DNA of 64,000 nucleotides from Antedon mediterranea (lineage: Eukaryota; Animalia; Echinodermata): NCBI RefSeq assembly GCF_964355755.1, contig NC_092670.1, positions 33,654,388 to 33,718,387 of the forward strand, read 5' to 3'. The position numbers and the translations under genes are program-made. Shown here piece by piece: positions 24,786-37,200 of the stretch (the first letter of the stretch is position 1; each line of letters begins with the position of its first letter). Under the pieces are notes generated by a model that was not told the origin of the DNA, ran no database searches, and saw only the letters and a list, made by a program, of their open reading frames with translations.

Positions 24786-27700
24786 ATAGCAACGTACACC
24801 AACAATGGCGTAACTTCCAACAGCAACGTACACCAACAATTGCGTAACCTCCAACAGCAACGTACACCAACAATGGCGTAACCTCCAACAGCAACGTACA
24901 CCAACAATTGCATAACCTCCAACAGCAACGTACACCACCAACAATGGCACAACCTCCAACAGCAACGTACACCATCAATCACGTAACCTCTAACAGCAAC
25001 GTACACCAACAATGGCGTGATATCCAACAGCAACGTACACCAACAATGGTGTAACATCCAATAATAACGTACCCCAACAATGGCGTAACCTCAAACAGCA
25101 ACGTACACCAACAATGGTGTAACCTCCAACAGCAAATACACCACCAACAATGGCGCAACCTCCAACCGCAACGTACACCAACAATGGCGTAATCTCCATC
25201 AGCAACGTACACCAACAATGGTGATTAAATTAATTAATTAAATTTCAGTATATCACCGGGCGGTTTAGAATTAATGTTCATTGCCTGATGTGTTTATATT
25301 ATATAAAGTATCTCTTCGGAGATCCCGCCTCGTGAATAAAAATACTGAAAGATGAGGGCGTATCAATTTGATCTCTGGTGCGCGTGCGTACAACTGAGGA
25401 CTAGTGCTGTTCCACCGTACCACGCCGAGAATGTTAAAGAGTCGCTATCCAATCGAGTTTGAACAATACCATGAAAGCCCCAGTGGTCTAATGGTTAGGA
25501 CATCTGCATATCAAGCAGGCGGTCCGAGTTCGAGTCTCAGTTGGGGCGACTTTTTCTTATTCTCACAGATTTCCTCATCTTTATCGTTTCAAATTAATTA
25601 ATTAAATTTCAGTATATCACCGGGTGGTTTAGAATTAATGTTCATTGCCTGATGTGTTTATATATATATATAAGTATCTCTTCTGAGATCCCGCCTCGTG
25701 AATAAAAATACTGAAAGATGAGGGCGTATCAATTTAATCTCTGGTGCGCGTGCGTACAACTGAGGACTAGTGCTGTTCCACCGTACCACGCCGAAAATGT
25801 TAAAGAGTCGCTATCCAATCGAGTTAGAACAATACCATGAAAGCCCCAGTGGTCTAATGGTTAGGACATCTGCATATCAAGCAGGCGGTCCAAGTTCGAG
25901 TCTCGGTTGGGGCGACTTTTTCTCATTCTCACAGATTTCCTCATCTTTATCGTTTCAAATTAATTAATTAAATTTCAGTATATCACTGGGCGGTTTAGAA
26001 TTAATGTTCATTGCCTGATATTTTTATATATATAAAACTATCTCTTCGGAGATCCCGCCTCTTGAATAAAAATACTGAAAGATGAGGGCGTATCAATTTG
26101 ATCTCTGGTGCGCGTGCGTACAACTGAGGACTAGTGCTGTTCCACCGTACCACGCCGAGAATGTTAAAGAGTCGCTATCCAATCGAGTTTGAACAATACC
26201 ATGAAAGCCCCAGTGGTCTAATGGTTAGGACATCTGCATATCAAGCAGGCGGTCCGAGTTCGAGTCTCGGTTGGGGCGACTTTTTCTCATTCTCACAGAT
26301 TTCCTCATCTTTATCGTTTCAAATTAATTAATTAAATTTCAGTATATCACCGGGCGGTTTAGAATTAATGTTCATTGCCTGATGTGTTTATATATACATA
26401 TCATTAATTCTAAACCTCCCGGTGATATACTGAAATTTAATTAATTAATTTGAAACGATAAAGATGAGGAAATCTGTGAGAATGAGAAAAAGCTCCAACC
26501 GAGACTCGAACTCGGACCGCCTGTTTGATATGCAGATGTCCTAACCATTAGACCACTGGGGCTTTCATGGTATTGTTCGAACTCGATTGGATAGCGACTC
26601 TTTAACATTCTCGGCGTGGTACGGCGGAACAGCACTAGTCCTCAGTTGTACGCACGCGCACCTGAGATCAAATTGATACGCCCTCATCTTACAGTATTTT
26701 TATTCACGAGGCGGGATCTCTGAAGAGATACTTTTATATATATAAACAAATCAGGCAAAGAACATTAATTCTAAACCGCCCGGTGATATACTGAAATGTA
26801 ATTAATTAATTTGAAACGATAAAGATGAGGAAATCTGTGAGAATGAGAAAAAGTCGCCCCAACCGAGACTCGAACTCGGAACGCCTGCTTGATATGCAGA
26901 TGTCCTAACCATTAGTCCACTGGGGGCTTTCATGGTATTGTTTGAACTCGATTGGATAGCGACTCTTTAACATTCTCGGCGTGGTACGGCGGAACAGCAC
27001 TAGTCCTCAGTTGTACGCACACGCACCAGAGAATATATATATATATATATAGATTCGTTGAGTCAGCAAATGTGCTCAATTGAAATCAAGAGCGAATATA
27101 TATTTATGAATTAGATAGAACACGGGCGTCTATTTCACGGTGTTTCACGTTAAACGATCTTATATATATATATATATTATATATAACTCATGATTTGCAA
27201 AATATGATTTACGTTAGTACCTACCTACATTATAATTAACAAAAAATAAATAAGTACTTTACGTTTTTATATTTTTTTCAATACCATTCGGGAGTGATTG
27301 TAGTCCACCGCAGTTCAGATATCTAAATAAAGATAAGGTTGTATTAAGTACATGCGAGTTCAGTGACATAATGGAAAATGATGATACTAATAGTTTTAGA
27401 TAATGAACAAGATAGTTACGAAATAATGTGTTTTTTTTTCCTTACATTGTTCCATTTTCTTTCATATTTGACAAAGCATTTTCCCCGATCTTGTCTAATT
27501 TATTGTCAAATAGATATCTGAAAAAAAAATGTCATTAGTTTGAAATATCTTTGTTTTGGTTAGGTTTCTAATTAATTAAAACGTCTATAACACAGATCAA
27601 AAATGTATTATTTTACTTATTTTAAAATAGTAACAAATCTCACATGTATTTCAGCGTTTTACCATTGGTTGTTAATGTTTGATAGGTAATGTTAGCAATT

Positions 27701-30700
27701 TCATTCCCATAAAGGAAGCTGGAGAAAAAAATAATGAACACATGAATGACTTTATCATTTAAGTTCAACGGCGTCATCGTCATAATCGTCGTCATCATCA
27801 TCATAATCATCGTCATCGTCATCAGCATCGTCTGATATGTAAATAGCAGCTCTAAAAATTAAAAAAAATGTTTGCTCGCTTTACGTCAAAATAGCATTTA
27901 CTATTCTTAAAATGTTCCAGTGCTTTTCTTTAAAACATACAAATGCTGCATGCAACTTTCAGGTAATCTATAAAAAAAAACACGGATAACTTTTTTCTAT
28001 TGAATAGTGTAGAAAGTTATTTAACGTGCACTATTATGTACACGGGACCAATATTGTAATTAACTTACAGAAACTGAAGATTAGTTCCACTAAATGCCCC
28101 TTCTTCTATAGAGGTAATGCTGTTTCCCATTAGCATTCTAACAAAAAATTATTATAGATTAAGCATTGTTTTAGATAGGTTTGAAGACTAAAACATTATG
28201 TTTTAAATGAAGCTTTTAAAGGAATTATAACTTGTTTAGATTATTTTTCATGAGCAAGACATGTACACGTTTTAAATCCATATCTGAGAAGACGTTTTCC
28301 ACCACCAGTATTTTGGTGAAGGAGAGTCTTGTCTTTCTTAAACATTCGTCAATCGAAATGATGATTATACTTACAGCCTCTCAAGGGATTCCATATCAGA
28401 AAAGATATTTTTGGAAATGTGCTGAATTTTATTTTTGTGTAATAGTATGTTCTGAACTGGAGGTATCCGGCCGTCTTCTAATGATGTCAGATTGTTCCAG
28501 CTTAAATCTCTAAAAGATACACAGTGCGTAAGAAGGCATCAAAATAATGTATTGCCGATTGTTTGACTGAACAAAATACGTAACTACTGTGGTATCATAA
28601 TACTAACAAAAGGTCACTCATTAGATTATTAGACTTAAGTGGACTAGGTACAGGAGTTGACACTTAAGAATGACGGATCTTCAATTAGACTCTAAAAAGA
28701 AACATTTTTGCATTTGTTTTACATGTGTACTCATTATGTTAATTAATTCTAGGTGGGACATATATTGACTTTTGACCCTTTCTTAAGGGGTCATGGTACA
28801 GGATTTGGCACTTAAGAATGACGTTTTCTCAGTTAGGTAAATGTACTTATTGTATTGTCAAAAGTTTCATCGATGTACTCGACCATGCTAATTAAAATGC
28901 TAATTAGCCTCAGACCTTTTGTACTCGCAATGCTAAACAAATCTTCATAGGCTGCCGGATTAATATTAAAACAGTAAGACCTAAAGAGACAACATTTAAT
29001 ATTGGTAGAGCATTTCATAAATTTGCGATTAAGTGAGTTGCTTCTAATACACAAAGATATGAACTGACTATAAATGCATTCGCCTTTATCTTTCAGTATA
29101 TTAAACTCTCTAAATTGTCCGGTGATAAATCAAGATATCAGGTTTGTAATTTTGTTTTAGTTATTATCCTTCCAAATTGAATATTATATAATTTGATTTT
29201 ACGACTGTGGGTCACATGGCGTGCAATAGTACGAACTATTAAACGATCGTTTAATAGTACTTTTTCGTGTACAAAAAAAAACCTTTTTGCGTTTGGGAAA
29301 ATATTTTGTTTATATTATTGATTTTGATGCCACCTAGTTCGTACTTTCGCCGCGATTTGAATGTTATGACTGGTTTTCCGCAAAGGAAGTACTTTTCTAG
29401 ACAGATATATGTACTAATTTAGATCAAAAATGCACTTATTAGTTTTATATCATTTGTAGGATTTTGATTAATTAATAGGAACATCCCTACAAGACGTGGA
29501 ATCGTCGGAAAAACATAATTAGCCTAGATGAGTAACAGTTGTCTGTCAAAGTTGCCTTCCAGCCTAGGCCTAGCTAGTACTAGCCTTGGCCTAGGCCTGT
29601 TGGTATTATGCTAAGCCTAGTCTAGGCGTTTTAGCCTTGCTAGGCCAAGGATTGTTCCGTCGTTTGTTGACAAAGTTAACACTAACGTAGGTGTGTTTAT
29701 AAAATCCATATAAATATAAAATTTAATATAATATTATTAAAATCAAAATGTTACTGTTTTAATCAATGTGACTCAAATGTAGCCCTTAGCTTGGGCTATA
29801 TTTTATTTGATTAACATGACATGAATCTATTTAGATGTTACATGAAACAAATAGTAAATGTTTTATATTTGTGTAATGAAATAATGGCATTTTGTGAATG
29901 ATGAAGGGTTAAAAATTACCTTTCATCATTCACCTTAAGCTATTATTTGTACCATTACACTCATAAACATTCATTATTTGTTTACCATTTATTATGTATT
30001 GAATGTACTACCACCAGTTCAAAAGATTGTAAGTTACCAACAAAAGAAAAAGAACATAAACACTTACAGTAAAAATTCTATTCGTGAGTTAACAATGTTT
30101 GGTAGTTCCGTAAGTTGGTTGTTCGTAAATTGTCTACGTAAAGAATCATTTAATGCACTGTATTAATAATGACTTTTCCTTCTTTTACGATATCATAATC
30201 ATTATAACGAATACGTTTAATTAATAAGATTATAATAATATCTAAAACAAATTCTGGTTTTACAGGTGTATACTAAAATGTGTTACTGTGGAGAAGTGAG
30301 ACAATTTATAACTACAAAACTGTATATAAATCTTTTATTTTTGCATTACTGTTTATTTATTATAAAAAAAATGCTTATATAAGATTATTTTAAAATTGGT
30401 TTACGCATGCACCAAACTCACAGTAGACGGATAGTGTCCACAGCAACGAAGGCATCCTTATCTATAAATCGAATTTTGTTTTCTGCGAGTGAGCTATAAA
30501 AAAATACATAAATAACTTGTAAGAATACTTTGCATAGAATAATATACATTGGTTGTAAAACATTTGCTCCATCATCTTTCCAAATAACTATCGATAGTAA
30601 AATTAATTATGCCTAAATTGATTTCATTTTTTTTTTACATTTAGAAAAAAGCAAAATTAACCAAAAGTTAATTGATATTCGACGATGGTTAGCTTAGCAG

Positions 30701-31961
30701 TGAGGAAATACTTACATCTCTTTAAAATATTTTCCTTGAAAAGCTCTTGCTGGTATGCTCTGCAGACTGTTTCCAAATAAAAATCTAGGACAACATTATT
30801 CCAAAATTATAAACACATTTGAAGTGAAACTGCAAGCAAATCTTTGAAAGACCATGGCGATTGACTTAGGTTTCTTAGTAAAGTAAACACTATTATGAAA
30901 TTTGTCAAAACGTCATAATTATGCATATATCTCGATTGCCTTTTATAGAACAAGATTTACTATTTTGTTTACCATACGAGCCATTACGATAAAATAAATA
31001 AAATTTAAATTAAATTAAATGCAAATACAAGTATATAGTCCAGGAGCTTATGTCGAAAAAAAGGCACTTGTAGAATGTTGATGTTAATTGTCGGCACCAA
31101 CGTTTTTCTGACTCAGAAAAACTTTGGTGCCATTTTTTTCGACCATGGCAAGTGGCCACCATTTTGAAACCTACGTTTTTTTTTTACCTAATTTAAGGTA
31201 AAAAACTACATTTTATGTAAAAATTAATATAAATACTCATGTTGTATGTTTACGAAACAAATATAAAAGTATTCATTTTTAGTTAAATCCCCAAGACCTG
31301 AAAATGTTGTCGTTTTGTAAAAATAATGTAGATATACATATAATTTTAAAAACATTAAACCAAGTCTTGTCTTAAATGTACGTTCTAAGGTTAATTATGT
31401 TCAAAAGATAACGGTAACGTACGAACATCGTACGCTTGCTATAATGCTTAGCCCGACGTTGTCTCATTGCTGAAATAATTTTCTTTCCTTTTTTTGGCAG
31501 AATCCGTTAATACAAAATGGAAGAAGACCTGGTATTTTCGCAGAAAAGTTATGGTTCTCTTATTTGTTTTCACGATCGCTGACCGAAACTGATCGCATCC
31601 ATATCAACATGAAAATATCAATGCCTTGTGGGATTTAGCGGGCCGATTAAATTATTAGAATCAACTTATTTTTCACATTTTTAACAGTTTAAAGACGAAA
31701 AAAGTTATAAAAATAGGATCATATAGTATTTATTTTTACATAAAATGTAGTTTGTGACCTTAAATTAGGTCGAAAAAAAGGTAGGTCATAGGGCTTTAAC
31801 ACATTGTTACAGTAATAAACTCACTTATTTTAAACTTGAAATAATGTGTATAGCTATATTATCTATAGACAAAATTTAAACTTTCTAGAAAATGGTGTGA
31901 TGAATGTAGAAACTATATGTACAGCTGTACTAAGTATAAAATATATATATATAAATAAAAA

Positions 31962-32004
<43 letters not shown>

Positions 32005-32850
32005 CATACTGTAAATTATAGAAACAGTGCTCATATTCGGAACATGATCTCATAATCGCGTCGAGCATAGCTCATTGGCGAAAGTTCCATATTTTTTTTT
32101 TTAGTTGTATGACAAAATGTCTCTGGCTGGATTCGAACCTGCAACCTCTCGCTTACAGGGCGAGTATCATACCACTAGACCACAGAGCCATGTATGGTAT
32201 TATCACAGATTTTCACCCACCAGATACATTCTCTCATACAACAAACGCCCTCACAATCAGTGGAGGCTTAACAAGTCAGAATAAATTCCAACTTTTAATT
32301 CGCAACGGTTTTTTTAAATAATATTGTGTATATGTAAATCAATGATGTTGCGTAGCACTGTGTAAATTATATATAAATCATACTGTAAATTATAGAAACA
32401 GTGCTCATATTCGGAACATGATCTCATAATCGCGTCGAGCATAGCTAGCTCATTGGCGAAAGTTCCATATTTTTTTTTTTTAGTTGTATGAAAAAATGTC
32501 TCTGGCTGGATTCGAACCTGCAACCTCTCACTTACAGGGCGAGTATCATACCACTAGACCACAGAGCCTCCACTGATTGTTAGGGCATTTGTTGTATTAG
32601 AGAATGTATCTGGTGGGTGAAAATCTGTGATAATACCATACATGGCTCTGTGGCCTAGTGGTATGATACTCGCCCTGTAAGCGAGAGGTTGCAGGTTCGA
32701 ATCCCGCCAGAGACAAATACGGAACTTTCGCCAATGAGCTATGCTCGACGCGATTATGAGATCATGTTCCGAAAATGAGTACTGTTTCTATAATTTACAG
32801 TATGATTTATATATATATATATATATATTGACTTTTTCTCATTCTCACAG

Positions 32851-32895
<45 letters not shown>

Positions 32896-33503
32896 CAATG
32901 ATGTTGCGTAGCACTGTGTAAATTATATATAAATCATACTGTAAATTATAGAAACAGTGCTCATATTCGGAACATAATCTCATAATCGCGTCGAGCATAG
33001 CTCATTGGCGAAAGTTCCATATTTTTTTTTTATTTTTTTTTTAGTTGTATGAAAATATGTCTCTGGCTGGATTCGAACCTGCAACCTCTCGCTTACAGGG
33101 CTAGTATCATACCACTAGACCACAGAGCCATGTATGGTATTATCATAGATTTTCACCCACCAGATACATTCTCTCATACAACAAACGCCCTCACAATCAG
33201 TGGAGGCTTAACAAGTCAGAATAAATTCCAACTTTTAATTCGCAACGGTTTTTTAAATCTGTGATAATACCATACATGGCTCTGTGGTCTAGTGGTATGA
33301 TACTCGCCCTGTAAGCGAGAGGTTGCAGGTTTGAATCCAGCCAGAGACATTTTTTCATACAACTAAAAAAAAAAAAATATGGAACTTTCGCCAATGAGCT
33401 ATGCTTGACGCGATTATGAGATCATGTTCCGAATATGAGCACTGTTTCTATAATTTACAGTATGATTTATATATAATTTACACAGTGCTACGCAACATCA
33501 TTG

Positions 33504-33590
<87 letters not shown>

Positions 33591-34134
33591 CTGTGAGAAT
33601 GAGAAAAAGTCAATATATATATATATAAATCATACTGTAAATTATAGAAACAGTACTCATTTTCGGAACATGATCTCATAATCGCGTCGAGCATAGCTCA
33701 TTGGCGAAAGTTCCGTATTTTTCTCTGGCGGGATTCGAACCTGCAACCTCTCGCTTACAGGGCGAGTATCATACCACTAGGCCACAGAGCCATGTATGGT
33801 ATTATCACAGATTTTCACCCACCAGATACATTCTCTCATACAACAAATGCCCTCACAATCAGTGGAGGCTTAACAAGTCAGAATAAATTCCAACTTTAAT
33901 TCGCAACGGTTTTTTACATAATATTGTGTATAATATGTAAATCAATGATATGTTGCGTAGCACTGTGTAAATTATATATAAATCATACTGTTCGAATCGA
34001 ATCGAATCCCGCCAGAGACATTTTTTCATACAACTAAAAAATAAGGAACTTTCGCCAATCATGTTCCAAATATGAGCACTGATTTATGAGATATGATTTA
34101 TATATAATTTACACAGTGCTACCCAACATCATTG

Positions 34135-34208
<74 letters not shown>

Positions 34209-37200
34209 CCAAATGCAAATTACTGAAAAAAATGACAATGCTGTGGGTATCAGTGGCTGGATCTCAATGGAGATACAAAAATAAAAAGCGAAAAGCTAAA
34301 TCAAAACGATAAAGTAAACAGCCAGAAAAGTTAGCAGAGCATATATATATATATTCATATTGGATGTTTGTGTAAATTTTGCTAGGTTTTTGGTATATAT
34401 CTTATGTTAATGTTATTGGGCGCACTTGAGTTTTGTATGGCCATGTCTTTGTTTTAATAAACCAGAATAAATACATTAAAAAAAATTGTAATCATGGGTT
34501 GTATCAAAATTTGTGAACATCAAGCATAGAAGCAGAGAGTTGGTTTTGATAATACTTAAACATAAATATTGCTATTTGGACCTTTGGAGCTTGTAACTTT
34601 ACTATTTTAAGTTGTTTAAAGCATATATAAGATGGGGCTCGGAATGGAGTGTATTTATTCTATATCCTATACTTATTAAGTTTGACTAGTAGTTGATTGC
34701 CTAAATAATGTTGCAGTATTGTGAATATGAATTATAAAGGGTAAGCAACGTAGGGCCTACATTTAGGAAAAAATGCTTATTAACCTTATCCATTATTCTA
34801 ATTGTGTTTGATATGTTTTAAAAATATAATTATTTTTCAATTCTCTTCTCTTCTCAATTTATTAGAAGTCAATATGACTCTTTCCTAACTGTAAAAAACA
34901 TTCCACTTGTTTATGCCACTACAAAATACATAAAGAAGGCAGAAAACATAGGCCCATAGTAGACTACAAGGATCCATAGCATATTGAAACATCCAAGACT
35001 GTTTGCTTACATCCTTTCCCCATTAGTAGGAAGCACACAATATCACATTAAAAATTCGAAACTTTTAACACAACAATTAGCAGAAGTCATAATAGAAGAA
35101 GATGAAATCTTCAATTCACATGATGTAGTATCCTTGTTCACCAACATCCCAGTTGAAGATTCACTATCTGTCATAAGATCTAGACTTTAAGAAAATAGTG
35201 ATTAAAAAATAGAACTCAATTAAACATCGATGACACAGTGTATTTAGAATATATAGCCTACCACACAGCTCTATTACAGCAATATAATATGGGGAAATGA
35301 ATATAAAACAATGTATTAAAGAATTCTATTCTTTAATCCATGATACAACAAACTTAGAAAAAATAAATAAATTACAAAAACGTATAGCTAGAATGATTAC
35401 AAACTCACCGATGAGAACAGCCTCCAAACCACGATTAACAAGTTTAAAGATGTTAAATATATACGATAAAAATATAATTCAAATTGCAAGCTTTATGTTC
35501 AAATATCATCTCCAAGAACTTCCCATTCCTATAAACAACCTGATTGATTTTTAAATCAATTTAAAAATCCTAAAAATGATCGCTTAAAGACATTAAGAAA
35601 CGCAAATAAGATATATATTCAACACAGTAGACTAGAAATAAATAAAAGATCAATTTTCATTGAAAGACCATCTTACTGGAATAAACTCCAGTCTACTCTA
35701 GAACAAAATCACATGACCTCGCTCCCTATGCTAAATTACAATATTAAAAAGATGATATTTGAAACATATTGCTATACGGTAGCTATTAATGCTACTGCAC
35801 AATATTTTGGTTAATCTCACTTTGTTTGTTTTTCTCTTTCTGTCTTAAAACGTCATTTTTTGTTAATGTAATGCGTCTGTCTATGTTTTATGTTTATGCT
35901 TGGGAATACAAAGACAAGCCATTTTGACTTCTGTGTATCTTAACCCATAAACTATGTAAACTGTTGAAAATTGAATAAATGTATGGATATTTTGTTTAAT
36001 TTAGAATTCCTAGAACAAAAGCTATTGCCACTGGCAGCACCAATTGGATGTAAACCTCGTCTTTGGAAAAGGTATGTTGATGACATCCTAAAAATAATCT
36101 AACAATATTAAGTGGATACTTTAACGAAACACATAAATTTATCTGACCCAGCTGTAAACATCAAGTTCACTTATGATAACCAAATACCGTTGCTTGATTC
36201 TCTTATTGTCCGGCAACCTAATCAATCTGTAAAACTACTCGTATATAGAAAACCCACTCATACGGACCAATACCTTCATTTTGAGTCTCACCATCCAATA
36301 CATCAACATAATAGGGATTGCAAAACACTTTTTGACCGTATGAACGCCATCGTTACATAAAAATGAGGATAGATAAACAGAAGAGGGTAACATTAAATAA
36401 GCACTTGCCAGATGCGGATATCTTAGTTGGTCATGCAAAATAACAAATAGAATTTAAACAAAAGGAAACATCACAGATACAAAAAAAAGTTTATTTGTCA
36501 TATCTTATGATGCAGGTCTATCTGAACGAGTTAGTAGAGTGTTTAAAGAGTGTGGCATTAACAACGCCATAAAACTTCATTCTTCACCTCTGCCAAATAC
36601 ATGTCCACTCCAAAGCTCGGATTGATAAGACTAAAGTAGTTAACTGCGTATACGAAATTCCTTGTACAAATTGCGAACACACTTACATAGGTGAAACGAG
36701 TCGATGCGTCGGTATAAGATTAAAAGAACACAAAAAAAGAAACGGAAAAGGTAACACAACGGAGAACAAATTACGCTCGCCAAAACTACAGAGAATCGAA
36801 AAGAGAATTAGTAAATCAGTCTTAGCAGATCATGCAGCCCACTCCATTCATGTAATAAATTGGATACCTACAGTAGACGCATAAAAGAGGCAATTTGGAG
36901 AGAAAGAAGACAAGACACCATCAATTAGAATGACCTGGCCCTATAGGTCTAATTACAGGTAATCATCCTTCTAAAGAATTGTTCGTGAAAGGAACATCGA
37001 AAAACCGTCAAGAATATATCGTATCGTATGATAACATAAATTATTTACACTATATTGAGTACATACATTTTTCTATGATTTTAAATAATACTGGAAGCAG
37101 AAAAATTGGTCTATAATTAGCGAGTTGGTCTTGCTATAATTTTTGATATTTTAATAACATTTAAAGTTTATTATAAATTAGAGATATTAACTTTAACTGG

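Noticed and set aside
20137-25222. 34-bp and 49-bp repeats as CRISPR arrays
   Set aside because: Units are contiguous with no unique spacers, there are no cas genes, and the context is eukaryotic.
26207-26278. Reading the family-A loop as TCA (Sec/opal suppressor)
   Set aside because: The 5-bp stem places ATC at positions 34-36, and there is no long variable arm.
10914-26635. Recurrent 65-aa ORF MLFHRTTPRMLKSRYPIEF...
   Set aside because: It starts at GTG and is a translation across the tRNA-like repeat; identity reflects DNA repetition.
27941-27967. Possible 27-bp phase-2 microexon (LPESCMQH)
   Set aside because: Has AG/GT, but exons 13 and 14 already join into a correct LRR register; no other support.
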